From Chloroflexota bacterium (lineage in GTDB: Bacteria > Chloroflexota > Limnocylindria > P2-11E), in NCBI GenBank assembly GCA_005882765.1, contig VBDV01000111.1:49545-113544 (forward strand): DNA of 64,000 bases. The letters run 5' to 3'. Below, piece by piece: positions 1-9,857 of this stretch. Position 1 is the first letter of the stretch. Each line of letters begins with the position of its first letter. The translations under genes and the position numbers were made by a program. A model generated the notes under the pieces. The model saw nothing but the letters and a program-made list of their open reading frames with translations, ran no database searches and was not told where the DNA came from.

Positions 1-1
1 G

Positions 2-391
2 GAGCTGCTGGCGCGACTCGCCGATCGTCGCCTCGACGAGCTGGCCGAGATCGCCAAGCAGCGTCCGTCGTCGGCGCCGACCGCGACCCAGGAGTACGCC
101 GACGCGGTCGAGCGCTTCGCGAACGCACTCGACGACGTGCGCAACGCCGACAGCGAAGACAAGCGGAACGCCGCCCAGGCCCTCGCCGAGGCGGCCCAAG
201 AAAAGCACAAGGCGGTGCTCGACGCCGTCAAGGGCCAGCTACCCGAGGTCGATCAGAGCGAGGTCCAGAAAGTGATCGACCGGGAGCAGGAGCGCACCTT
301 GCCAGACGAAAACCACGGCCGCGGCGGGCAAGGCGGAACCGGCGGCGGACGGCCGTCGAACCTCCCACCGAAGCCAACACCCAAGAGATAG
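2..391 (+). CDS. 3' end of a gene that starts upstream of the window (hypothetical protein, acidic/Ala-rich, Gly/Pro-rich tail)
   Basis: Frame 2 is open from base 2 to the stop at 391. The listed ORF 137..391 is only its internal-Met fragment. No recognisable domain. Confidence 0.4.
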   Translation, partial: ELLARLADRRLDELAEIAKQRPSSAPTATQEYADAVERFANALDDVRNADSEDKRNAAQALAEAAQEKHKAVLDAVKGQLPEVDQSEVQKVIDREQERTLPDENHGRGGQGGTGGGRPSNLPPKPTPKR

Positions 392-413
392 CCCTGGCAC
401 GGCCGGTGCATGG

Positions 414-872
414 ATGCCCGGATATGTGCCGTTGCACGCTCCGCACGAGCGAGCGGATCTTCCTTCGAGTTCTCGCCCTTCTCGTCGTGGTGTGAAGCGC
501 GTCCTCGTCGCCGACGACGACTCCGACATTTCGGCGTTGATCAAGGCGATGCTTGAGGAGCGTCTCCCTGTCACTGTCGATCACGTCACGAACGGAGCGC
601 TCGTTCTCGACCAGATCACCGCAACTCGTCCCGATCTCCTGATCCTGGATGTCTCGATGCCCGGTCTCAATGGGATCGACGTGTTCGATCTTCTGAGGGG
701 CAGCGCCCCGTCAGTGGACGTTCCAGTGCTCTTCCTCACTGCGGTGCCCGAGCGTGCTGAGCAGGCGTTCGCGCGATTCGGGATCAGCGACGTGATGGCG
801 AAGCCGTTCGAAGGTGATGCTCTCGTACGCCGCGTCGAGGATCTCCTCGCGCGCGCCGCGAAGGTCGCCTAG
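414..872 (+). CDS. single-domain response regulator (CheY-like receiver)
   Basis: VLVADDD...LILDVSMPGLNG...MAKPF receiver motifs. True start may be an internal start near 480. Confidence 0.7.
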   Translation: MPGYVPLHAPHERADLPSSSRPSRRGVKRVLVADDDSDISALIKAMLEERLPVTVDHVTNGALVLDQITATRPDLLILDVSMPGLNGIDVFDLLRGSAPSVDVPVLFLTAVPERAEQAFARFGISDVMAKPFEGDALVRRVEDLLARAAKVA

Positions 873-911
873 CACCGCGCTCGCGCCCGCCACCCGCTCT
901 GCGCCGAAGCG

Positions 912-2813
912 CTAGCCGGCGCTCTCTTCGGTTTCGGTCTGAAGTGGTGCGAGTCGGGGCCAGCGGCGGCGGACCGCCGCGGCGATCCCCTCAGCGTCGA
1001 GACCGTAATGCTTGCGCCACAGCTTCTGCGCGCCGTGGTCGACATGCTCGTCTGGGATTCCCAGGATTTCGAGATCGACTCTGGCTCCACGCTCCGCGAG
1101 AAGTTCACCGACCGCGGACCCGAACCCGCCAGCGATCACGTGCTCTTCGACAGTTACGAAGCGAGGGATCCGCGCGGCCAGCGAGAGGATCCGCTCTTCA
1201 TCGAGCGGCTTCGCGAAGCGCGCATTGACGACCGTGGCTTCGAGACCGTCGCGCGCTAGGATCTCCGCGGCCTCGAGCGCGGCGGCAACGGGATGGCCGT
1301 ACGCGAGGATCGCGACGCCGTCGCCTTCGCGGAGCGTCTCTGACACCCCGATCGGGATCTCGGCAAGCGGCGCGTCGAGCGCCACGCCGACGCCGGTGCC
1401 GCGCGGAAAGCGCAGTCCGATTGGCCCGCGCTTTGCGGCGGCGTGCCGGTACGCCGTCCAGACCATCTGGCGCAGCTCGGCCTCGTCTTTCGGCGCCATG
1501 AGCGTCATCCCCGGGAGGATGCGTAGGTATGCGATGTCGTACAGACCCTGGTGGGTCCTCCCGTCGTCGCCGACGATCCCGCCACGGTCCATCGCGAACA
1601 CCACTGAAAGGTCCTGCACCGCGACGTCGTGGACGACCTGGTCGAAGCCGCGCTGCAGGAACGTCGAATACACCGCGACGATCGGAACGATCCCCTGCGT
1701 CGCGAGCCCGGCGGCGAACGTCACGGCGTGCTGCTCGCAGATGCCGACGTCGAAGAGGCGCTCGGGAAATTCTCTGAAGAGTGGGAGCAGGCCCGTGCCG
1801 CCCGGCATTGCGGCGGTGATCGCGACCGCGCGCTCGTCCGCTTTCAAGACCTCGCGAACGGAGTCGGCGAAGACCGCCGTGTACTGCGGGGCCGTCGCTT
1901 TGGCGGAGCCGGTGGCCGAGACACCGTGCCACTTCACGTTGTCGTCCTCGGCCGGTCCGTAGCCGTGCCCCTTCTGCGTCTGCACGTGGACGAAGACGGG
2001 GCCCTCGGCGAAATCGCGAGCCTTCTCGAGGACTCCCTCGACCGCGAAGAGATCGTGGCCGTCGACGGGACCGAAGTACGTGAAGCCGAACTGCTCGAAG
2101 AGGATGTTCGGAATGAAAAGCGCCTTCAGGCTGGTGAAAATTCTGCGGCGCGCTTCCTCCGCCAGCTCCCCGCCGGGCATGTGCTCCAGGACCTGGCGGC
2201 CGATGTGCTTCGCACCCCGATACGGCTGGGCGGTGCGCAGCGCTTCGAGCATGCGCGAGACGGCGCCGACGTTCGGCGCGATGCTCATCCCGTTGTCATT
2301 CAGCACGACGATCACCCGCGTGCGCATGTGGCCGATGCTGTTCATCGCCTCGAAGGCCATGCCCGCCGTGAGCGCGCCGTCGCCAATGATCGCGACGACG
2401 TGGTTGTCGTCGCCCTTCAGGTCGCGGGCGACAGCCATACCCTGCGCGGCGGAGATCGAGGTCCCAGCGTGCCCCGCTCCAAACTGATCGTGCTCCGACT
2501 CCGATCGCGCGAGGAAGCCTGAGATCCCGCCGAACTGGCGAAGAGTGTCGAACCGTCCGCGTCGGCCGGTCAGCATCTTGTGCACGTACGCTTGATGCCC
2601 CGTGTCCCACACGAGCTTGTCGCGCGGGGAGTCGAACACTCGGTGAAGCGCGACCGTGAGCTCGACCGTGCCTAGGCTCGATGAGATATGGCCGCCGGTC
2701 TTCTGCACGCTGTCGACGGTGAACTCCCGGATCTCGCGGCACAGCGCGAGTAATTCCTCGCGATGGAGCAGCCGAAGGTCGCGGGGTTGCTGTATGCGGT
2801 CGAGCACACCCAC
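912..2813 (-). CDS. dxs: 1-deoxy-D-xylulose-5-phosphate synthase
   Basis: 633 aa. N-terminus MGVLDRIQQPRDLRLL...GHISSSLG, a TPP-binding GDG...N motif and transketolase-like C-terminal domains. Confidence 0.95.
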   Translation of the reverse strand: MGVLDRIQQPRDLRLLHREELLALCREIREFTVDSVQKTGGHISSSLGTVELTVALHRVFDSPRDKLVWDTGHQAYVHKMLTGRRGRFDTLRQFGGISGFLARSESEHDQFGAGHAGTSISAAQGMAVARDLKGDDNHVVAIIGDGALTAGMAFEAMNSIGHMRTRVIVVLNDNGMSIAPNVGAVSRMLEALRTAQPYRGAKHIGRQVLEHMPGGELAEEARRRIFTSLKALFIPNILFEQFGFTYFGPVDGHDLFAVEGVLEKARDFAEGPVFVHVQTQKGHGYGPAEDDNVKWHGVSATGSAKATAPQYTAVFADSVREVLKADERAVAITAAMPGGTGLLPLFREFPERLFDVGICEQHAVTFAAGLATQGIVPIVAVYSTFLQRGFDQVVHDVAVQDLSVVFAMDRGGIVGDDGRTHQGLYDIAYLRILPGMTLMAPKDEAELRQMVWTAYRHAAAKRGPIGLRFPRGTGVGVALDAPLAEIPIGVSETLREGDGVAILAYGHPVAAALEAAEILARDGLEATVVNARFAKPLDEERILSLAARIPRFVTVEEHVIAGGFGSAVGELLAERGARVDLEILGIPDEHVDHGAQKLWRKHYGLDAEGIAAAVRRRWPRLAPLQTETEESAG

Positions 2814-2831
2814 GTCGCGATACTAGCCGCG

Positions 2832-3560
2832 ATGTTCGATCTCTCTAAGCGCGCCGTAGTACTTACGGGCGCGACCGGAAATGTCGGGCCCGCCGTACTC
2901 CGTGCGTACCTCGAGCTGGGCGCCCACGTGGCGATACCGGTCCGAGAGGAGGCCAAGGGCGCCGCCCTGCGGGACTCGCTTGGTGACCTGGCCGGTACGG
3001 CAGAAGATCCGCGGATCCTCATGCGCGCCAGCGATCCAGGCGACGCCGCGGCGATGGAGGGCTTTGTCGAAGAGGTCCTTCGCACGTGGGGCCGTCTAGA
3101 CGTCGTCGCGAATCTCATCGGGGGATACGCCGCGTCGGACGCGGCCACCGGCGACCTCGCCGCCTACCGTCGCTACTGGGATCAGAAGGTGGCGACGATC
3201 GTGACTGCGACGACGGGGTGCCTGCGGCCGATGCGTGCGCGTGGCTACGGCCGCGTCGTGAACGTCGCCTCCACGGCCGCTCTCGAGGGAGAGAAGGGCG
3301 CCGCCGGCTACGCGATGGCGAACGCAGCGCTGCTTCGCTGGACGGAGTCGCTCGCCGAAGAAGTGAAACGCGAGGGGATCACTGCGAACTGCGTGCTGCC
3401 GCGCATCATCGACACGCCTGAAAACCGAGCCGCTATGCCCAAAGCCGATCCATCGCGATGGGCGACCGCGGTCGAGATCGCCGCGCTCGTCGTGTTCTTG
3501 TCTACGGACGAAGCGAGCGGGATTACTGGCACGGCGACACCGATAGTGGCTCGAACGTGA
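2832..3560 (+). CDS. SDR family NAD(P)-dependent oxidoreductase
   Basis: VVLTGATGNVG Rossmann motif and SDR core. The track ORF starts at 2763 and would overlap the dxs start, so the internal Met at 2832 is preferred. Confidence 0.8.
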   Translation: MFDLSKRAVVLTGATGNVGPAVLRAYLELGAHVAIPVREEAKGAALRDSLGDLAGTAEDPRILMRASDPGDAAAMEGFVEEVLRTWGRLDVVANLIGGYAASDAATGDLAAYRRYWDQKVATIVTATTGCLRPMRARGYGRVVNVASTAALEGEKGAAGYAMANAALLRWTESLAEEVKREGITANCVLPRIIDTPENRAAMPKADPSRWATAVEIAALVVFLSTDEASGITGTATPIVART

Positions 3561-3574
3561 TTCACAAGCGGCCG

Positions 3575-3700
3575 TGCGGGTGGCACGGGGGGCGGGTGAG
3601 CAGCGTCGGGGTCTTCTGAGCGAGCGGCCCCTAGACGGCGGTCCATAGCGATCCCACCGGGGCCGAGCGAAGAGGACCCCGGCGCTGCTCACCGCAAGCC
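3575..3700. repeat. Hairpin-forming intergenic repeat element, copy A
   Basis: Imperfect inverted repeat GCGGGTGAGCAGCGTCGGGGTCTTC ... GAAGAGGACCCCGGCGCTGCTCACCGC with a ~60-nt loop. The same sequence family recurs at 62255-62460 and partly at 30390-30440. Confidence 0.6.
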
Positions 3701-3764
3701 GCTACGCCCTCAAGGCCCCTGCCCGCACGGCACGGGACGGGAGCGCGTCTAGACTCCGTCGCCG

Positions 3765-4226
3765 GTGTCGCTGTTTGTTCTTGTGAAGTTTCTCCACGTT
3801 CTGCTTGCAATCATTGCGGTCGGATTCAACGCGACGTACGGCGTGTGGCTCGCGCGGGTTGCCCGCGAGCCGGTGCCCACGCAGTCCTTCGTGCTTCATG
3901 GCATCAAGCGACTCGACGACTGGTTTGCCAATCCCGCCTACGTGCTGCTCGCCGTGACTGGGGTGACGATGGTGTTCGTCGGCGAGCTGAGATTCACGAC
4001 GTTCTGGATCGCCGGCGGGATCGTGCTCTGGGCGATCGCGGTCGCGCTCGGCTTCTTCGTGTACACGCCGATGCTTCGTAACCAAATTCACGCGCTCGAG
4101 ACGGCCGGACCCGAGAGCGAAGACTACAGGCGCTACTCCGCGAACGCGCGCTTCCTCGGCATCCTGCTCGCCCTGATCGTTGTCGTGATCGTTTTTCTCA
4201 TGGTGACGAAGCCAGCGCTGTCGTAG
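3765..4226 (+). CDS. small integral membrane protein (DUF2269-like, 4 TM)
   Basis: 153 aa with four hydrophobic segments. No catalytic motif. Confidence 0.55.
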   Translation: MSLFVLVKFLHVLLAIIAVGFNATYGVWLARVAREPVPTQSFVLHGIKRLDDWFANPAYVLLAVTGVTMVFVGELRFTTFWIAGGIVLWAIAVALGFFVYTPMLRNQIHALETAGPESEDYRRYSANARFLGILLALIVVVIVFLMVTKPALS

Positions 4227-4797
4227 CCAGCGCCCGGGCCCACTCCGCGTATGCCTCCGCGGACGGATGCAACCCATCCGGCGCGATCATCCTTTTCCGC
4301 GCTTGCTCTCGCATGAGTGGGAACAGATCGATCCACGACCCGCCGGCGCGCTCGGCCTCCTCGCGCGCGATCGCGTTAAAGCGCTGGATCGCGCGGGCGA
4401 TGACACTCCCGTCGCCGAAGCCGGATCCCGCCGGCGACGATGACCAGTCAGGCTGTGGCAAGGCGACCACACGCGCGTCGGGTGCGTCGCTGCGAATGCG
4501 TTCGTGTATTGAGCGGAGCTGGCGGCGATACCGATCGCCGCTGTCGCCACGGACGACGTCGTTCGCGCCGATGAGCACGGTGATGAGCGTCGGACCGAAC
4601 GATGCGACGAGCGGCAGCTCATCGCGGATCAGGTCGTCTGTCGTGTACCCGTTCACGGCAGGGTTCTCGAGAACGACCTTCAGGCCTCGCTCCGTCCAGA
4701 GCTGCGTGAGGACGGCCGGAAAAGAGCGATCAGGCGTGGTGCCGGTGCCGATGGTGAACGAATCACCAAGCGCGAGGAATCTTTTGGGAATGATCAA
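4198..4797 (-). CDS. SGNH/GDSL-family hydrolase
   Basis: GDSFT block I, GAND block III and DGLHP block V. Confidence 0.8.
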   Translation of the reverse strand: MIIPKRFLALGDSFTIGTGTTPDRSFPAVLTQLWTERGLKVVLENPAVNGYTTDDLIRDELPLVASFGPTLITVLIGANDVVRGDSGDRYRRQLRSIHERIRSDAPDARVVALPQPDWSSSPAGSGFGDGSVIARAIQRFNAIAREEAERAGGSWIDLFPLMREQARKRMIAPDGLHPSAEAYAEWARALATTALASSP

Positions 4798-4820
4798 TTG
4801 TTCTAGTCTGGGAGAGCCCT

Positions 4821-6155
4821 GTGAAGAATCCCTCTGACATGACCGATCTCGACCTCATCATCATCGGCGGCGGACCCGCCGGCCTCACTGCGGGGCTGTA
4901 CGCGGCGCGCGCCGACATGAAGGTTCTCCTTCTCGACTCGAAGGGAACCGGAGGCGAGATCCTCAACACCGACCTGATCGAGGACTATCCCGGCTTCGAG
5001 TCGGTCACCGGCGCGGACCTCGCCCAGAAGATGGCCGACCACGCGATCAAATTCGGTCTCAAGATCGAGACTCACAAGCCGGTGAAAGGCGTTCGCTCCG
5101 AGGGCGATCGCAAGATCGTGACCCTCGAGGATGGGACCGAGCTGTCGGCGTATGCCGTGATCGTCACCGTCGGCGGCGAGCCGACGAAGCTTGGGATCGT
5201 CGGCGAGGAGGAGTACCACGGCCGCGGCGTCTCGTACTGCGCGGTCTGCGACGGTGCGTTCTTCAAGGGGGCGGATCTCGCGGTCATCGGCGGCGGCGAC
5301 TCGGCGTTCCAGGAGGGCCTGTTCCTCACCCGTTTCGCAAAGAAGCTCTACGTCGTGCATCGCCGCAATGAGTTTCGCGCGCAGGCGATCCTCCAGGACC
5401 GCCTTCTGGGGATGGAGAAGGTCGAGCCGATCACGCCGGCCGAGGTCAAGGAAATCGGTGGCAACGGTGACGTGAAGTGGATCGATATCGACCGCGACGG
5501 CAAGACCGAGCGGGTCAAGGTCGAAGGTGTGTTCGTGTTCATCGGGTTCAAACCGGTGGGCCGGTATCTCTTCAAGGAGCACATCGAGCACGACAAGAAC
5601 GGCTACCTCATCACCGACCAGTACATGCGCACGAGCATCCCGGGTGTGTACGCGGCCGGCGACACCCGCGCGCAGCTCGCGAAGCAGATCACCACCGCCG
5701 TCGGCGATGCCACGACCGCGGTGCTCCATGCGGAGCGATACATCGAAGAGCTGAAGGACCTGGAGCGCGCGTTCCCCTCCGAGCCCCGGGACGTGGTCGC
5801 GCAAACGGCGAGCAAGGCCGAGCTCCAGGTGTACGCGCCCGGCGACATCGTGCTCAAAGAAGGCGAGGCGGCGGACCGCTTCTACATGATCATCAAAGGT
5901 GAGGCCGAGGCCACGCAGCGCGGACCCGATGGGTCACAGGTCGTCATCAATCGGTTCGGACCCGGCGATTATTTCGGCGAGGTCGGACTCCTGAACGATG
6001 CGCCGCGACTCGCGACGGTTCGCGCGAAGACGTCGCTCGAGGTGATGGCACTCGATCGCGACACCTTCGCCCGGCTCATGAAGAGCTCGCAGGCCACCGA
6101 GGACGAGGTCAGACGGGTCGCGGCCGGGCGGACGCGGGCGGCGAGCCCGAGTTAG
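4821..6155 (+). CDS. thioredoxin-disulfide reductase fused to a C-terminal cyclic-nucleotide-binding (CAP-like) domain
   Basis: IIGGGPAG FAD motif, CAVCDG redox-active disulfide and GGGDSA NADPH motif. A C-terminal ~120 aa segment carries FGEVGLL...RLATVRA, the cNMP-binding signature. Confidence 0.85.
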   Translation: MKNPSDMTDLDLIIIGGGPAGLTAGLYAARADMKVLLLDSKGTGGEILNTDLIEDYPGFESVTGADLAQKMADHAIKFGLKIETHKPVKGVRSEGDRKIVTLEDGTELSAYAVIVTVGGEPTKLGIVGEEEYHGRGVSYCAVCDGAFFKGADLAVIGGGDSAFQEGLFLTRFAKKLYVVHRRNEFRAQAILQDRLLGMEKVEPITPAEVKEIGGNGDVKWIDIDRDGKTERVKVEGVFVFIGFKPVGRYLFKEHIEHDKNGYLITDQYMRTSIPGVYAAGDTRAQLAKQITTAVGDATTAVLHAERYIEELKDLERAFPSEPRDVVAQTASKAELQVYAPGDIVLKEGEAADRFYMIIKGEAEATQRGPDGSQVVINRFGPGDYFGEVGLLNDAPRLATVRAKTSLEVMALDRDTFARLMKSSQATEDEVRRVAAGRTRAASPS

Positions 6156-6555
6156 GCGCGGTCGCCAGGCGTTTGACGTACTCGACGATCACGTTGAGGT
6201 CGAACGGTTTCTTCACATAGGTCGCGATTCCGCGCCGCCGGAACTCGCTCATGTCATCGCTCGCAGTGGCGGTCTCGAACAACACCGGGATCCGGCTGGT
6301 GCGCGGATCCTTCTTCAGGCGGTCGTAGAGCTCGAACCCCGACATCCCTGGCAGCCGAACGTCGACCACCATCACGTCGGCCGTGACGTGTTTTGTTGCC
6401 TCGAGCGCCGCCGCCGGCCCCGGGACGTGAATGGCGCAGTAGCCGGGCTCATCGGAGATCGCCTCGGCGATGAGCTCGCCGATCGCTGGCTCATCCTCAA
6501 CGACGATGACGACCTTACGAGCCCCTGTCTGTGCCTGCCCCTCACTGTTCTTCAC
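6109..6555 (-). CDS. single-domain response regulator (CheY-like receiver)
   Basis: VVIVVEDEP...VMVVDVRLPGMSG...KKPF motifs. Confidence 0.75.
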   Translation of the reverse strand: MKNSEGQAQTGARKVVIVVEDEPAIGELIAEAISDEPGYCAIHVPGPAAALEATKHVTADVMVVDVRLPGMSGFELYDRLKKDPRTSRIPVLFETATASDDMSEFRRRGIATYVKKPFDLNVIVEYVKRLATAPNSGSPPASARPRPV

Positions 6556-6695
6556 CGAGCCTCCAGCTCACAGGCGAGCAGCGCTGATGCCCCATTGCGA
6601 ATCGTCATCGATCTGTTGTCGCGCTGATGCCCCTTCGCCGCGTTCACACGAGGCGGCCTATCGCTATCCGTTCCGATGCCGCGCACCCTTGTCGT

Positions 6696-6932
6696 ATGCG
6701 ACGCGACGTCGAGCTTGGGCGCGCGAGCTTCATCGATGTGCTCGATCGAGTGCTCGACAAAGGGATCATCATCGACGGCTGGGGCCGCGTGGCCGTTGCC
6801 GGCATCGATCTCATCGGCATCGATGCCTGGGTGGTCGTCGCTTCGATCCAGACCTATTTGCAGTACGCGGACTCGCTCGGCTTGAGCCCTCGCGTTCCCA
6901 CGAGCGTCGAGACCGGCGCGAGCTCCTTCTAG
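6696..6932 (+). CDS. gvpA: gas vesicle structural protein GvpA/GvpJ family
   Basis: SFIDVLDRVLDKGIIIDGW.RVAVAGIDLIGIDAWVVVASIQTYLQYADSLGL matches the GvpA core. Start taken at the internal Met. The track ORF 6627.. has an improbable N-extension. Confidence 0.75.
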   Translation: MRRDVELGRASFIDVLDRVLDKGIIIDGWGRVAVAGIDLIGIDAWVVVASIQTYLQYADSLGLSPRVPTSVETGASSF

Positions 6933-6939
6933 CGCCCGC

Positions 6940-8076
6940 TCATTTCGCCGCGGCATCGGTGGCCGGGGTGAGATATCGCTCCGCGCGTCCCAGCGGACTC
7001 GCGACTCGAAAGATGAACGCGATCACGAATGTGGCGACGCCGATGATCGCGTAGATGAGGCGGACGTCGCCGGTGCGCTCGATGAGGATGCCCCCAGCGA
7101 GCGCGCCGATTGGGTTTGCCGACCATGCCAGCACCATCGCGATGCTGATCACGCGACCCAGCATGTGGTTCGGGACGATCGCTTGCCTCAGTGACCCGGT
7201 GTTGATGTTGAAGAGGATTCCGAGGCCCGAGCTCAGCGCCCACAGGACGACGGCGACGGGGAGCGAGGTCGTGTACGCGAGTCCGACGGTGAGGAGGCCG
7301 GACAGCATGAGCGCCCCCAGGGCAACGTTGCCGAAGGACCATCGCTTCCGCAGCGGACCTGCCGCGAGTGACAGCACCACCACGCCGGCCCCTCCGGCCG
7401 CGAAGAGAAGGCCGACCTCGCTGTCCTCCGCGCGCAGTGCCTGCTTCGCGAACAGCACGAGCTCGGCGAAGACGGTCGCGCCGACCATGTTGATGAGGGC
7501 CATCATCAGCGAAATGTTCCGCAGGACAGGGTGGGAGAGGACGTAGCGCAATCCCTCGACGATGTCCTGACGGATGCTCGTGGCGCGTTTGGTGATCGGC
7601 GCGTTGAAGGCGCGGGCGATCACCGAAAGCATCGCGGCCGATACGACGAACGACGCGGCGTCGAGCAGCAGGATGGTCTCGACGGAGGTGAAGACGAGCA
7701 GCGCTCCCGCGGCGAGGGGACCGAGGACCGCGGCGGCCGCGAAGCTGGCCTGGATCCGGCCGTTTGCGGTGACCAGCTCCTTCGAGTCGACGAGGCTCGG
7801 GATCGCCCCGAACTCGGCGGCCGCGAAGAAGATCGACAGTGTCGACGACACGAATGCGACCGCGTAGAGCCACCAAAGCGACAGAATCCCTGCGCTGTAT
7901 GCGAGGGGAACGGACGCGATCGTCGCCGCCGCTAAGAGGTCGACGACGATCATGAGCCGCTTGCGGTCGGTGCGATCGGTCCACGCGCCGATGGCAAGGC
8001 CGAAGAGGAGCTGCGGCGCCGTGTAGATCGCGAGCGTTGCGCCAAGTGCGAGCGCCGAGCCGGTGAGCTTGTACAC
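6940..8076 (-). CDS. MFS transporter
   Basis: 378 aa with ~11-12 TM segments. The TDRTDRKR motif between TM2 and TM3 is typical of MFS. Confidence 0.8.
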   Translation of the reverse strand: MYKLTGSALALGATLAIYTAPQLLFGLAIGAWTDRTDRKRLMIVVDLLAAATIASVPLAYSAGILSLWWLYAVAFVSSTLSIFFAAAEFGAIPSLVDSKELVTANGRIQASFAAAAVLGPLAAGALLVFTSVETILLLDAASFVVSAAMLSVIARAFNAPITKRATSIRQDIVEGLRYVLSHPVLRNISLMMALINMVGATVFAELVLFAKQALRAEDSEVGLLFAAGGAGVVVLSLAAGPLRKRWSFGNVALGALMLSGLLTVGLAYTTSLPVAVVLWALSSGLGILFNINTGSLRQAIVPNHMLGRVISIAMVLAWSANPIGALAGGILIERTGDVRLIYAIIGVATFVIAFIFRVASPLGRAERYLTPATDAAAK

Positions 8077-8159
8077 GATCAGAGGCAGCGCGAACTGCGT
8101 GACGGAATTGCCGAAGTTCGAGATGGTCTCGCCGGTCCAGTACTTCCAAAAGTCGCGGT

Positions 8160-9857
8160 TCAGTCGGCGGCCTCTCCCGTCGCGGCCTTCTTCGGTCCCT
8201 GAGCGCCACCACGCCGGCCGCGCCCGCCGCGCCGTCCGCGGCGCGTCCGCTTGCGCGGGACCGCTGTCGCCGGATCGCTGGACACGCCGACTGCGCTTGC
8301 GGCGGTCGGACTTGGTAGCGCCGGTGCCTCACCGGCCGGTAGCGCGGCTGGCATCGTGGCCGGCAGCGCAGCCACTGTGGGTCGGACCTCGCCGTTCAGC
8401 CGATCGAACTCGCCGAGGACCGTGCGCACCTCTTCATGCGCCTGATCGATGACGAACCCAGCCTTCTTCCCATGCTCCTCCGGGCGCATGACGCCTCGTT
8501 CGACCGCGCGTCGCATCGTCGACTCGAGCGCGTCACCCTCGACCCGCGACAAGAGCTCGGCGAAGAGGGCCTGGTTGACCCAGTCGATGCGCTCGCCCTT
8601 GGCGCGCGTCGATGCGACGAAGTTGAAGAGATGAACGATGGATGCAGCGGGCTGACGTGCGTACACGACGAGCGGGTGGCCTTCGGCGAGCCAGCACATC
8701 GTGATCTGCCGGCCTTCGCGTTCGACCTGCTCGGTCTGGATCGCGCCGCGCTCCTCGGCGATGTTAAAGAGGGTCTCGAGAAGGAGGCGCCGCTGCGAGC
8801 GTCCGCGGGCGAGACCACCGGGCTGATCGGCGCGCGACAACGGATCGAGGACGGCCTCGACCGCCGGGATGCGCCGGGTGTCCTTGCTCGTCACCGTGTC
8901 GATGCGGCGCAGCACCCGCACCAGGTGGAAGATCGTCTCGGCGACGAGGGGTGACGACATGTTCGGTGCGAGCATCTGCTTGGCCTTCGCGCGGGCGCGG
9001 CCCTCGAGCTTCGCGACGACCGTCCGCTGTTCGATGCCGGCGTCGATGCGCTGCTCGAGGACGCTCGATGCTTCCTTCTGCGAGAGGGGCACCACGCTCG
9101 TGACGAAGTCGCCGCGCGCCATGGCGCGGGCATGGAGCGCTACGAGCTGGTCTAGCAGGAGCACGGCGAGACGCCGCTGCTCCTTGTCGGACTCAGGAGA
9201 CGCTGTCGGCACGACGGCAGGAACGTGTGGCTCTGTTCTTACCCGCGCGGGGAGACGACCCCGTCGCTGTGGGGTCCGCCGCGCCAGCTCCGCGGTCGGT
9301 TGCGGCTTGTCCACCTGGGTGTCGTCGGCTCGCAGCGCCGCGCGGGTCCAGCGCGCCTGCGGAATGAGATCTTCAAGCAGGAAGACGTCGTCGCGGAGGT
9401 ATGGCGAGTCGCGGAGCTCGTTGGCGAGCGACTTGTCGCCGGCGATCAGGTAGACATGTTTGTCCTCGTCCTTGATCGCCTTGCAGAGAGCGTTCAGGTC
9501 GCGGTCGCCTGAGACGATGAACCAGTAGTCGATGTCCTGGCGTTCCTTGTAGAGGAGCTTCAGCGCTCGGGTGATCAAGACCGCGTCAGACCGGCCCTTG
9601 AGCAGCCGGCCGCTCATGCGCTGCGCGACGGCGATGGGTTCCATCCCCGTGAACTCGAGCGCCATCAGGAGCGTCTCGTCCTGGGTCGCGACCTCCTGAC
9701 CGAAGATCGCGAGCTTTACCCGGACGGGTCCGAACTCGGCGGCTTTTTGCAGGATCGCCTGCAGGATCGAGAGTGTTGACGGCAGCGGGCCCGTCGTGTG
9801 CTGGCGAAGTGTGTAGTAGACGTTCTCCCAGTCGATTAGGAGGGCAACGTCAGGCAA
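8160..9857 (-). CDS. NYN (LabA-like PIN-fold) domain protein with a long C-terminal extension and an RG-rich tail
   Basis: N-terminal LIDWENVYY...FIVSGDRD NYN motifs. The C-terminus is KRTRRGRRGGRGRRGG. Confidence 0.7.
   Translation of the reverse strand: MPDVALLIDWENVYYTLRQHTTGPLPSTLSILQAILQKAAEFGPVRVKLAIFGQEVATQDETLLMALEFTGMEPIAVAQRMSGRLLKGRSDAVLITRALKLLYKERQDIDYWFIVSGDRDLNALCKAIKDEDKHVYLIAGDKSLANELRDSPYLRDDVFLLEDLIPQARWTRAALRADDTQVDKPQPTAELARRTPQRRGRLPARVRTEPHVPAVVPTASPESDKEQRRLAVLLLDQLVALHARAMARGDFVTSVVPLSQKEASSVLEQRIDAGIEQRTVVAKLEGRARAKAKQMLAPNMSSPLVAETIFHLVRVLRRIDTVTSKDTRRIPAVEAVLDPLSRADQPGGLARGRSQRRLLLETLFNIAEERGAIQTEQVEREGRQITMCWLAEGHPLVVYARQPAASIVHLFNFVASTRAKGERIDWVNQALFAELLSRVEGDALESTMRRAVERGVMRPEEHGKKAGFVIDQAHEEVRTVLGEFDRLNGEVRPTVAALPATMPAALPAGEAPALPSPTAASAVGVSSDPATAVPRKRTRRGRRGGRGRRGGAQGPKKAATGEAAD

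Noticed and set aside
1012-1962. Long ORFs (316 aa, 244 aa, 297 aa) inside and antisense to dxs
   Set aside because: They lie fully within a confidently identified dxs gene. The translations are low-complexity and Arg/Ser/Ala-rich, typical of high-GC antisense artefacts.
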